A DNA stretch of 63,981 nucleotides, filler included, from Candidatus Woesearchaeota archaeon (GTDB lineage: Archaea > Nanobdellota > Nanobdellia > Woesearchaeales > WJIZ01): NCBI GenBank assembly GCA_018221205.1. It is 7 parts of 7 records of this genome, joined end to end, with 100 filler letters (N's around TTAATTAATTAA, not from the genome) between each part and the next. Parts side by side here need not be neighbours in the genome. Positions count along the whole stretch, not along the records: positions 1 to 6,424 come from JAAOYF010000048.1; positions 6,525 to 15,134 come from JAAOYF010000050.1; 5 more parts are not named here. One strand, given 5' to 3'. Under the pieces are notes generated by a model. It saw only the letters and a program-made list of their open reading frames with translations, had not been told where the DNA came from and did no database searches. A program made the position numbers and the translations under genes. Below, one piece after another: positions 1 through 8,104 of this stretch; the first letter of the stretch is position 1; each line of letters begins with the position of its first letter.

Positions 1-145
1 ATAAGAAAGATTATATTCAAAATATTCAGGATTGTGAATGTTATTGCAGCAGTAATTGTTTTGGCTCTTTGGATGTTTGTTGATTAAATTCTCTAAAACT
101 AAATAATTCATCATATTTATAACAAGATTTCCATTCTTGATCAGA

Positions 146-493
146 ATGTCGGATAATCAATCAAATCAAAATAGCACCATTGCGGCAAAAGTATGGGGCT
201 GTTTTGGTGGATCCATAGTCGGAGGACTTGGCTATGTGGTTTGCTGTGGTGTACGTTTAGCTGAAAGGGAAGGAGATTTCAGGGATTGGGCTGCGGCCAA
301 TCGCTATGGTAGGATACATTACGGAGACGAAATGAATGCTGCGCTTTTTGAGGGTGCGTTAATAGGCATATTAGCTGGATATTTGATTGGTACTGCAGTA
401 GGAGAAGCCATCAACTATTATAAGAAAAGAAAGGACAATCAATTATTAGAGGACAAGATAATCACCCAAAATGCTCATATTCCCCATAGGTAA
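146..493 (+). CDS. Hypothetical membrane protein
   Basis: ORF with two Gly-rich hydrophobic segments. ATG 146 chosen over TTG 137. Confidence 0.55.
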   Translation: MSDNQSNQNSTIAAKVWGCFGGSIVGGLGYVVCCGVRLAEREGDFRDWAAANRYGRIHYGDEMNAALFEGALIGILAGYLIGTAVGEAINYYKKRKDNQLLEDKIITQNAHIPHR

Positions 494-1202
494 AGAATCC
501 CACTAATTCTTTAATCTTCGCAAGCTTAGGAAAAACATCTTTCTCTAGACTTTGCCCGGAAATCATCTCAAAGATCTCTGGCCTGAAGATATAGATGCCT
601 GCATTCACGATATGAGAGCTTATTTTCTTCGTCTTCTCCTGGAAATCAATGATAAAATCACCATCAAGGATAGCTGTTCCATATTCAGAGCTCTTTTCCC
701 GGGTCATAAGACCCATCGTAGCCAATTTATTGAGAGAAAGGTGCTTGGTGATCATCTTCAGAAGGTCAAAATCATTGTACGTATCACCAGACATGGCGAT
801 GAAAGGCTCTTTCAGCTTATCTTTAAGGGAAAGCAAGGCAGATGCATTTCCCTTTGCCTCTTTTTCGATAATCTCAACAGGCAGGTCAATAAGGTGCTCC
901 CGCAATTCCTTTTGAGCACCTTGTGTAATCAAAAAAACTTTCTTGATGCCGTGATGAATAAAAAACTCAACCTGGCTGTGGATAAGGGGTTTGCCTTTAT
1001 GCACTTTCAGGACAGCATCTTGCTGGCTTCCTTTCAACAATAGAACAGCAGTAGTGATGGATGCATGATCTAATCCTTTCTTAAGAAAATATTCAATAGC
1101 CTGGCTTCGTGATCGTAACATAGAGCCATCAACTTTCGCATCAACCACCCTGAGCAGCGATTTCTCGATTGAAATAGCGATCTTGTCTTTATTCATATTC
1201 AT
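462..1202 (-). CDS. Ribbon-helix-helix domain fused to a degenerate sugar-phosphate nucleotidyltransferase domain; probable regulator
   Basis: N-terminal KIAISIEKSLLRVVD...RSRSQAIEYFL is RHH/CopG-like. C-terminal GKPLI, SGD, EK, VNAGIYIF and SLEKDVFP are NTP-transferase-like, but the GxGTR motif is absent. Confidence 0.75.
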   Translation of the reverse strand: MNMNKDKIAISIEKSLLRVVDAKVDGSMLRSRSQAIEYFLKKGLDHASITTAVLLLKGSQQDAVLKVHKGKPLIHSQVEFFIHHGIKKVFLITQGAQKELREHLIDLPVEIIEKEAKGNASALLSLKDKLKEPFIAMSGDTYNDFDLLKMITKHLSLNKLATMGLMTREKSSEYGTAILDGDFIIDFQEKTKKISSHIVNAGIYIFRPEIFEMISGQSLEKDVFPKLAKIKELVGFFTYGEYEHFG

Positions 1203-1289
1203 ACCGAGTATGACTAATCTATATAAACTTTTCTATAGAAAAGGCAAACATTTATATATCAATTGAGCAATAGTATGAATAGTTCATAC
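1199..1289. promoter_or_regulatory. Divergent promoter region with two palindromes built on the GTATGA/TCATAC half-site (putative operators)
   Basis: TCATAC-cga-GTATGA at 1199-1213 and GTATGAA-tag-TTCATAC at 1273-1289, with TATA-like boxes between them. Confidence 0.55.
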
Positions 1290-1290
1290 C

Positions 1291-1854
1291 ATGGCAACCA
1301 TAAAAGAAACAATGGAAGAAAGCATCAAAGCAAAGAAAGAATTTCTTAATCAGTCTTCTAAGATAAAGGAGGTGATCAGCAGATTAATAGAATGCTTTGA
1401 GAAAGGCAATAAACTATTGATTTGCGGCAATGGAGGCAGTGCAGCTGATGCACAACATATTGCTGCAGAGCTTGTCGGCAGGTTCAAAAAAACAAGAAAA
1501 GGCCTGCCTGCCATTTCTCTTTCGACTGATACCTCAATTTTAACAGCATGGTCAAACGATTATGAATTCGAGACAGTGTTTGAAAGGCAAGTGGAAGCCT
1601 TAGGAAAGAAAGGAGATGCCCTTTTAGCCATCTCAACCTCAGGAAACTCCAAAAACATCCTGAAAGCAGTAGAAAAAGCAAAAGAGCAAGGCATGACAAC
1701 CATTTCGTTGACAGGAAAAGACGGTGGCAAGTTAAAACAATTGACAGATCTCAACATCAATTCGTCCGCAGACAGCACTGCACGGATCCAGGAGTGTCAT
1801 CTTCTTGCATACCATATCATTTGTGAAGAGATCGAGAATCATTATCTACAATGA
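1291..1854 (+). CDS. gmhA: D-sedoheptulose 7-phosphate isomerase
   Basis: [26 protein letters not shown] and TARIQECH motifs. Confidence 0.95.
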   Translation: MATIKETMEESIKAKKEFLNQSSKIKEVISRLIECFEKGNKLLICGNGGSAADAQHIAAELVGRFKKTRKGLPAISLSTDTSILTAWSNDYEFETVFERQVEALGKKGDALLAISTSGNSKNILKAVEKAKEQGMTTISLTGKDGGKLKQLTDLNINSSADSTARIQECHLLAYHIICEEIENHYLQ

Positions 1855-2735
1855 GAACGTTGATTACGGGTGGAGCAGGGTTTATCGGTTCTAATGTAGC
1901 GTTAGAACTGGAAAAACAAGGCCATGAAGTAATAGTTATTGATGATTTTAGCACAGGAAAGAAAGAAAATCTGAAAGAGTTCAAAGGAAAAGTCATTAAT
2001 CATGACATTTCCCTTTCTTTAGAGATTGAAAAGATCGACGCTGTCATCCACGAAGCCGCGATAACAGATCCAAGATTCCAAGATGATACTATCATGCTTA
2101 AGAAAAATCTAGATGGTTTTCAGAACGTTGTACACCTCGCAAAAAAATACAACGCAAAATTAGTATATGCATCGTCAGCCGGTGTTTATGGCAACGGTCC
2201 AGTACCTATGAAAGAAGATCAGGAAAAAGATATCCTGACTGCCTATGGAAAATCAAAATTGACAATGGACGAACAAGCTAAGGCACTGGCTGAATCAATG
2301 CATATTGTCGGATTACGCTACTTTAATGTCTTCGGCCCGCATGAATCTGGAAAAGGCCGTCCTGCGTCTATGGTCTATCATCTTGCAAAACAGATGCTTG
2401 CTGGAAAAACTCCAAGAATATTCAAGATGGGCGAGCAGATAAGGGACCATATCTATGTCAAAGACTGTGTCAAGGCAACATTGCTCGCATTAGATGCGCC
2501 TTCTGGCGTCTACAATGTAGGAACAGGCATCGGAACATCCTTCAACAAACTTATTGAAGTCCTGAATGAAGTATTGGGAACAGATTTCAAGCCAGAATAC
2601 TTCGATTCTCCTTATGACATGTCCACATATCAAGTAAATACACAAGCAGACATAGAAAAAGCAGAATCAAAACTAAAATTCAAGCCAGATTATTCATTAA
2701 AAGAAGCAATAAAAGAATACATAGGGATGATATGA
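1851..2735 (+). CDS. hldD: ADP-L-glycero-D-manno-heptose 6-epimerase (NAD-dependent SDR)
   Basis: [22 protein letters not shown] and [12 protein letters not shown] motifs; operon context. Confidence 0.85.
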   Translation: MRTLITGGAGFIGSNVALELEKQGHEVIVIDDFSTGKKENLKEFKGKVINHDISLSLEIEKIDAVIHEAAITDPRFQDDTIMLKKNLDGFQNVVHLAKKYNAKLVYASSAGVYGNGPVPMKEDQEKDILTAYGKSKLTMDEQAKALAESMHIVGLRYFNVFGPHESGKGRPASMVYHLAKQMLAGKTPRIFKMGEQIRDHIYVKDCVKATLLALDAPSGVYNVGTGIGTSFNKLIEVLNEVLGTDFKPEYFDSPYDMSTYQVNTQADIEKAESKLKFKPDYSLKEAIKEYIGMI

Positions 2736-3694
2736 TGAAAAACATACTTGAAAATTTCAAAAATCAGAATATTCTCGTTTTAGGGGATCTTATGCTCGAC
2801 AAATATATCTTTGGAAAGGTAGAAAGAGTCTCACCAGAAGCCCCGGTCCAGATTGTTTCAGTGGAAAAAGAGAAATACACTCCGGGAGGTGCAGCGAATG
2901 CAGCTGCTAATGTCGCTGCCATGCAGGGTTCTGCCTATTTGGCTGGAATAATCGGCAACGATATGGCAAAAGACATTCTTTTAGAAGAGATAGAAAAAAG
3001 GATGATCAATACCGACGGCATAATCTTCTCCTCGACCAAGCCCACTATCCAGAAAATTCGCGTCCTAGGTCAGAACCAGCAGTTGTTGAGGATAGATTAT
3101 GAAGATACCTCTTATATCGATGCCCAGGCGAATGAGGAACTGTTCAATCATATAACCTCTTTAGGAAAGATTGACGCGGTGATCATCTCAGATTACAATA
3201 AAGGGACAATAACAGAAGAATTGCTTGAAAAATTAAGGGAATTTTGCAAGAAAAAGGACATCTTGCTCATCATCGATCCAAAACCAAAGCATAAAGCATG
3301 GTATAGGGGTGCTTTCTTGATAACACCGAACAAAAAAGAGGCTGAACAGATGGTTGGCTTTGCGATTGAAAACAAAAAAAGTCTTGAGAAAGCCGGCGAA
3401 GCATTGGTAAAAGAGCTGAACTGCAACGTCATCATCACAACAGGAGAAAAAGGCATGTCCATCTTTGAAAAAGGAAAGACCCCTCTCAATATTCCGACAG
3501 TAGCAAAGGAAGTCTATGATGTTTCTGGTGCTGGAGATACGGTAATAGCGACATTGGCGTTAGCATTGAGTGCAGACGCTTCCTTGACAGATGCAGCCTC
3601 ATTAGCAAACCAGGCTGCAGGCATCAAAGTTGGAAAAGTGGGCACGTCTGCTGTCTCGATGGAAGAACTAAAAGAACGAATCAAACATGACTAA
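2732..3694 (+). CDS. Heptose 7-phosphate kinase (RfaE/HldE domain I, PfkB family)
   Basis: GDLMLDKY, RVSPEAPV, SDYNKG and EVYDVSGAGDTV motifs. Confidence 0.92.
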   Translation: MMKNILENFKNQNILVLGDLMLDKYIFGKVERVSPEAPVQIVSVEKEKYTPGGAANAAANVAAMQGSAYLAGIIGNDMAKDILLEEIEKRMINTDGIIFSSTKPTIQKIRVLGQNQQLLRIDYEDTSYIDAQANEELFNHITSLGKIDAVIISDYNKGTITEELLEKLREFCKKKDILLIIDPKPKHKAWYRGAFLITPNKKEAEQMVGFAIENKKSLEKAGEALVKELNCNVIITTGEKGMSIFEKGKTPLNIPTVAKEVYDVSGAGDTVIATLALALSADASLTDAASLANQAAGIKVGKVGTSAVSMEELKERIKHD

Positions 3695-4673
3695 AACAAT
3701 TTTCTTAGACAGGGACGGCACTCTGGTCGTCGATCCAGGATATGTCTATAAGATAAAAGACTTTAAGCTGCACGAGGGTGTCATTGAAGGTCTGAAAAAG
3801 CTCAAAGACTTCACATTTTTCGTCATCACCAACCAATCTGGTATCGGCAGAGGTCATTTTACTGAAAAAGATATGCATATATTCAACAATCACCTTCTTG
3901 ATGAGCTAAAAAATCATGATATCAAGATAAAAGAGATCTACTTTTGTCCCCATTCTCCCTATGACGGCTGTGATTGCCGAAAACCAGGCGATAAATTGGC
4001 CAGAGAAGCATATAAGAAGCATGATATCGATCTGAAGAACTCCTGGGTCATCGGCGATACAAAGTTAGATTGTGGGTTGGCAAAGAAAATAGGCGCAAAA
4101 TCAATACATGTGTTGACAGGATATGGAGTGAAACATCTGGATGAAGTAAAGGAGCTTAATCCGAGCTACATAGCAGCGAATATTGATCAGGCTGCTGATT
4201 TTATCACCTTCAAAAATGAAAAAAAGATCATTCCGAGAGAAAAGATTGTTGCATTGGCTGAAAGATTGAAGAAAGAAGGCAAGAAAATGGTGACAATCAA
4301 CGGCGCGTTCGACATTTTGCATAAAGGCCACGCAAAGATCCTGAAGGAAGCGAAAAAACAGGGTGATATCCTTATCGTAGGCTTGAACTCTGATAGTTCC
4401 ATAAGAGCAAACAAAGGTCCAAAAAGGCCAGTCAACAATCAGGAATCAAGGGCAAAGATGCTCGCAGCCTTCTCATTCGTGGATTATGTAGTAATATTCG
4501 ATGAAAAAACCCCGTTGAAGCTGCTTGAAGAGATAAAGCCCAATATCCATGTGAACGGCTCTGAATATGGTGAGGATTGTATTGAAGCTCCTATAGTGAA
4601 GAAATATGGTGGAAAGATATATGTTGTAAGCCTTCTAGAGGGCTGCTCTACAACCGGCATCTTAAGGGGTTAA
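3687..4673 (+). CDS. Fusion of GmhB heptose-bisphosphate phosphatase and RfaE domain II adenylyltransferase
   Basis: N-half has DRDGT, TNQSGI and CPH..CDCRKP. C-half has GAFDILHKGH, GLNSDSS..KGPKRP and STT. Confidence 0.9.
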   Translation: MTKTIFLDRDGTLVVDPGYVYKIKDFKLHEGVIEGLKKLKDFTFFVITNQSGIGRGHFTEKDMHIFNNHLLDELKNHDIKIKEIYFCPHSPYDGCDCRKPGDKLAREAYKKHDIDLKNSWVIGDTKLDCGLAKKIGAKSIHVLTGYGVKHLDEVKELNPSYIAANIDQAADFITFKNEKKIIPREKIVALAERLKKEGKKMVTINGAFDILHKGHAKILKEAKKQGDILIVGLNSDSSIRANKGPKRPVNNQESRAKMLAAFSFVDYVVIFDEKTPLKLLEEIKPNIHVNGSEYGEDCIEAPIVKKYGGKIYVVSLLEGCSTTGILRG

Positions 4674-4709
4674 GAAAGATTTTTATAAGCAGTCTTATTT
4701 GCGCAAGCT

Positions 4710-5630
4710 ATGTTAAGCATAGTCATTCCTGCATATAATGAAGAAAAGAATATCCCTATACTCTATAGGGAGATTTCTTCAGTACTCAAAAGCCGAAACT
4801 ACGAAATAATCTTCATTGATGATGGAAGCACTGATCGGACCTTTCAGATATTGGCGCAATTGAACAAAAGGGATAAGAAAATCAGGGTCATTAAATTCAG
4901 GAGAAACTTTGGCCAAACTGCTGCGTGGGATGCTGGTTTTAAAGAAGCTAAAGGAGAAATCATTGTAGTGATGGATGCAGATTTGCAGAATGATCCGCAG
5001 GATATTATTCGGTTGCTAAAAAAATTAGATGAAGGCTGTGATATGGTATCAGGGTGGCGGGCGAGAAGAAAAGACAGCATCTCGAAAAGGCTATTCTCGA
5101 GAATTGCAAATAACATAAGAAAAGCGATTACGAAAGAAAGAATACATGACTCAGGCTGTTCATTAAAGGCATATCGAAGAGAATGTCTCGAGGACATTGA
5201 ACTCTACGGTGACATGCACCGATATCTTCCTGCCCTGCTCCTATGGAAAGGATTCAAGATTGGAGAGATAAAAGTAAACCATCGGAAAAGAAAATTTGGT
5301 AAGACAAAGTATGGTATTGGTAGAATTGTAAGAGGATTTCTTGATCTCCTTATCATTGCATTCTGGATGAGATACTCTGTAAGGCCGATGCATTTCTTTG
5401 GTGGGTTGGGTATTGTTTCCTTTCTCACTGGATTTGGTATAGGATTGCACCTCACGATAGCAAAAATAGTGTATAATATAAGTCTCGCAGATAGGCCGTT
5501 GTTGCTATTAGCGGTGCTCCTCACTATTCTCGGTGTTCAGTTTTTCGCGCTGGGTATCGTGGCAGATATCTCCATGAAAACATATCACCAAAGAAACGAA
5601 GATCATACCAGGATAGAAAAAAGAATATAA
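4710..5630 (+). CDS. GT2 glycosyltransferase, ArnC/GtrB/DPM-synthase-like
   Basis: IPAYNEE, DDGSTD, RNFGQ and DADLQ motifs; two C-terminal TM helices. Confidence 0.9.
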   Translation: MLSIVIPAYNEEKNIPILYREISSVLKSRNYEIIFIDDGSTDRTFQILAQLNKRDKKIRVIKFRRNFGQTAAWDAGFKEAKGEIIVVMDADLQNDPQDIIRLLKKLDEGCDMVSGWRARRKDSISKRLFSRIANNIRKAITKERIHDSGCSLKAYRRECLEDIELYGDMHRYLPALLLWKGFKIGEIKVNHRKRKFGKTKYGIGRIVRGFLDLLIIAFWMRYSVRPMHFFGGLGIVSFLTGFGIGLHLTIAKIVYNISLADRPLLLLAVLLTILGVQFFALGIVADISMKTYHQRNEDHTRIEKRI

Positions 5631-5631
5631 A

Positions 5632-6357
5632 ATGCAAGAAGATCTAGTGAAGCATTATAGGGACTTGATGAAATCACAGGAAGTAGATTTCCGATCTATG
5701 TCTTTAAGGAGATTGATTCTGAAGTACCTCCCCCATGGAAATATTCTTGATGTTGGCTGCGGTCCAGGATTTATGAGTCGGGATATCCTCAGAGCTGGAA
5801 ATGAAGTGACTTCTATTGATATCGATAAGAACTTGTTGGGCCTTGCAAAGAAAGTGATGAAGAGGTATAAAAAATCTATAAAGCATCTCGGGGTAGGAGA
5901 GCTGAAGGCACTTGGAGAGGGGCGCTATGACGGCATAGTCTGCTTGGATGTTATCGAGCACGTAAAAGATGATAAAAACGCGATAAGGAACATGCATCAC
6001 GTGCTGAAGAAAGATGGAAAGGCTATTATTCTCGTTCCTGCTTTTCAATGGCTCTATGGGAAGAGGGATGTCGATATGGAACATTTCCGAAGGTATGGGA
6101 AAGGGGATTTCGTGCGCAAGCTTAAGAAGGGTGGATTCATTATAGAAGAAATAAGATATTGGAATATGTTGGGTTTAATTGTATATGCGTTTTTTGAAAA
6201 GGTATTACAGAAGAAGATTAATGAAGCGGTGCGGTATCGTGAAAAGAAGGGATTCAGCAAACTGGTAAACGATTTCCTCTCACTTCTTCTAGGAATAGAA
6301 TATTGGATAAGCCTTCCTCTCGGTCTCTCGTTAATAGCCGTTGTAAGAAAAAAATGA
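5632..6357 (+). CDS. Class I SAM-dependent methyltransferase
   Basis: LDVGCGPG, LDVIEH and HFRRY motifs. Confidence 0.88.
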   Translation: MQEDLVKHYRDLMKSQEVDFRSMSLRRLILKYLPHGNILDVGCGPGFMSRDILRAGNEVTSIDIDKNLLGLAKKVMKRYKKSIKHLGVGELKALGEGRYDGIVCLDVIEHVKDDKNAIRNMHHVLKKDGKAIILVPAFQWLYGKRDVDMEHFRRYGKGDFVRKLKKGGFIIEEIRYWNMLGLIVYAFFEKVLQKKINEAVRYREKKGFSKLVNDFLSLLLGIEYWISLPLGLSLIAVVRKK

Positions 6358-6424
6358 CGAAAGAGACAGTAAACAGATTCAGACAATTTACTATGGTTGC
6401 AATAGTCTGGAGCATAATTAATAT
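6354..6424 (+). CDS. Possible GtrA-like membrane protein, 5' fragment truncated by gap
   Basis: ATGA overlap with the upstream gene; translates MTKETVNRFRQFTMVAIVWSIIN. Confidence 0.35.
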
Positions 6425-6524
6425 NNNNNNNNNNNNNNNNNNNNNNNNNNNNNNNNNNNNNNNNNNNNTTAATTAATTAANNNNNNNNNNNNNNNNNNNN
6501 NNNNNNNNNNNNNNNNNNNNNNNN
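6425..6524. other. Artificial contig spacer (also 15135-15234, 30638-30737, 45378-45477, 55513-55612, 61529-61628)
   Basis: N runs flanking the six-frame stop linker TTAATTAATTAA. Confidence 0.99.
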
Positions 6525-6604
6525 GTAGCCGCGTAAAAATATTTCTAAGAAGTCGACCTAAAGGTCGGGGAATTAAACCCCTGTGCTCGCTACGCTCGCA
6601 TTAA
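6525..6604 (+). repeat. 80-nt multicopy element end, copy 1 (IS200/IS605-like end or MITE)
   Basis: Near-identical to 55615-55694 and to the reverse complement of 61449-61528. Contains hairpin CGACCT-aa-AGGTCG and always lies at a contig end. Confidence 0.8.
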
Positions 6605-6607
6605 AGA

Positions 6608-6715
6608 AAGCCGCGTAATGGGGCTTTAGCCCCATCTTGCGTGTCAAGAATCGAAGATTCTTGATCATGATCAGAAATCTCTGATTTCTGACATGCCAAC
6701 CGAGCGTAACCAGTT
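6608..6715 (-). mobile_element. Cluster of nested small hairpin elements
   Basis: Hairpins ATGGGGC/GCCCCAT, TCAAGAATC/GATTCTTGA and TCAGAAATC/GATTTCTGA; the latter two are bounded by CAYG tetramers. 18-nt identity to tRNA-Gly intron 2. Confidence 0.55.
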
Positions 6716-6812
6716 GAGCATTATCGATATTGAGCAGTTATTAAGAGAAGTTTTATAAATCTCTTTTTTCTGATTGAATGTAATAGTGTGTAGTATAAAA
6801 AAGAGGTTGAAC

Positions 6813-7226
6813 GTGGAAAACTCTTCTCGAGGACAGGTAAGTACGGAATTCGTCATAACAGTCGCTTTCTCCCTATTGATGATCATCCCTCTGTCCGTCC
6901 TTCTCTTTGAGCACGGCTCAAAGACCTATGATGACATCTCAATGAACCAAGGAGGCCTTATCGCGAGAAAGATTACAGATTCAGCCAATTCTGTCTATTA
7001 TCTCGGCCATCCATCCTCAGTCACCCTGAAAGTATACATGCCGGAAGGCATCGAGAACATAAACATAACAGGCAGAAACATCATCATTCTGCTGCAGTCT
7101 GATAAATCCATTGTTAGCACCGCGAATGTAAACCTTACCGGCAGCTTAAAGCGTGACCCTGGATTAAGATTCATAAAGATTACTGCCTTAGAAAATAAGG
7201 TGAACATAACAGATGATATTCGATAA
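6813..7226 (+). CDS. Type IV pilin-like protein, class III signal peptide
   Basis: RGQVSTEF followed by a hydrophobic helix; GTG start after a GAGGT RBS. Confidence 0.8.
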   Translation: MENSSRGQVSTEFVITVAFSLLMIIPLSVLLFEHGSKTYDDISMNQGGLIARKITDSANSVYYLGHPSSVTLKVYMPEGIENINITGRNIIILLQSDKSIVSTANVNLTGSLKRDPGLRFIKITALENKVNITDDIR

Positions 7227-7608
7227 ATCCCAAGTCACAGCTGAATTTCTTTTCCTGATTAGTTTTCTCTTCGTGGTTTCACTTGGATTCATCTACGCTG
7301 CTGGAAGTCATATGAAAGATTTTTCAGATAACCAAAAGAGGGTCGCAATAGAGGATTTTGGTGAATCTCTCAAGAACGAATTGGTCCTTGCATCAGTGGT
7401 GAAAGAAGGGTATGAGCGGACCATAGAACTGCCTGACAAAATCGATGGCACGATTGATTACACCATCAATGTGCTGAACTCCACCATAGTCATTCTTGCT
7501 GATAAGTACGAATTCAGTTTCATTGTCCCGAAGACAGAAGGGGCGCTGCAGAAGGGAACCAACATCATTAGGAATATAGATCAGACCGTCTTCATTGAAA
7601 ATGCGTAA
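7213..7608 (+). CDS. Type IV pilin-like protein
   Basis: KSQVTAEF followed by a hydrophobic helix. Confidence 0.8.
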   Translation: MIFDKSQVTAEFLFLISFLFVVSLGFIYAAGSHMKDFSDNQKRVAIEDFGESLKNELVLASVVKEGYERTIELPDKIDGTIDYTINVLNSTIVILADKYEFSFIVPKTEGALQKGTNIIRNIDQTVFIENA

Positions 7609-8104
7609 ATCACAGGTGTGGATAACAGATTTGACTGCTGGCATAATCATCTTTCTCTTTGCCATCGTCATCTACTTCATCTATACGGATAATCTGTCCA
7701 ATTTTGGCAACGAAAATATTGATGAGACTTATGCGGATGCCGCAGCCCTCTCAGATTTATTGATGAAAGCAGGCTCTCCTCCTAATTGGGATATTTCAAC
7801 AGTGAAGGAGATCGGATTGACCGGTGATGATTTCCGCCTCAATGAGACCAAGCTGACAAGCCTATCATCTCTGGATTATAGCAGATCAAAGCTCCTGCTG
7901 AAGACAAGATATGATTTCCTATTCTTTTTCGAGAACAATAGCAATGATGTTCAGACCCTTGCTCCGGGAACGTATTTCGGCAAGCCTGGTGTGTCAAAAG
8001 AGAACATCAACGAGGTGGAGGATCCTTTCATCCTGATCACAGTGAAGAGGCTACTCATTCACGATTCAGATATCCTAACGATGGTGGTGTATGTATGGGA
8101 ATGA
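7601..8104 (+). CDS. Pilin-like protein
   Basis: RKSQVWITD, hydrophobic helix and GSPPNW. Confidence 0.75.
   Translation: MRKSQVWITDLTAGIIIFLFAIVIYFIYTDNLSNFGNENIDETYADAAALSDLLMKAGSPPNWDISTVKEIGLTGDDFRLNETKLTSLSSLDYSRSKLLLKTRYDFLFFFENNSNDVQTLAPGTYFGKPGVSKENINEVEDPFILITVKRLLIHDSDILTMVVYVWE

Noticed and set aside
6425..6524. Repeated TTAATTAATTAA within N runs
   Set aside because: Artificial contig linker. ORFs running through it and cross-gap synteny are artefacts.
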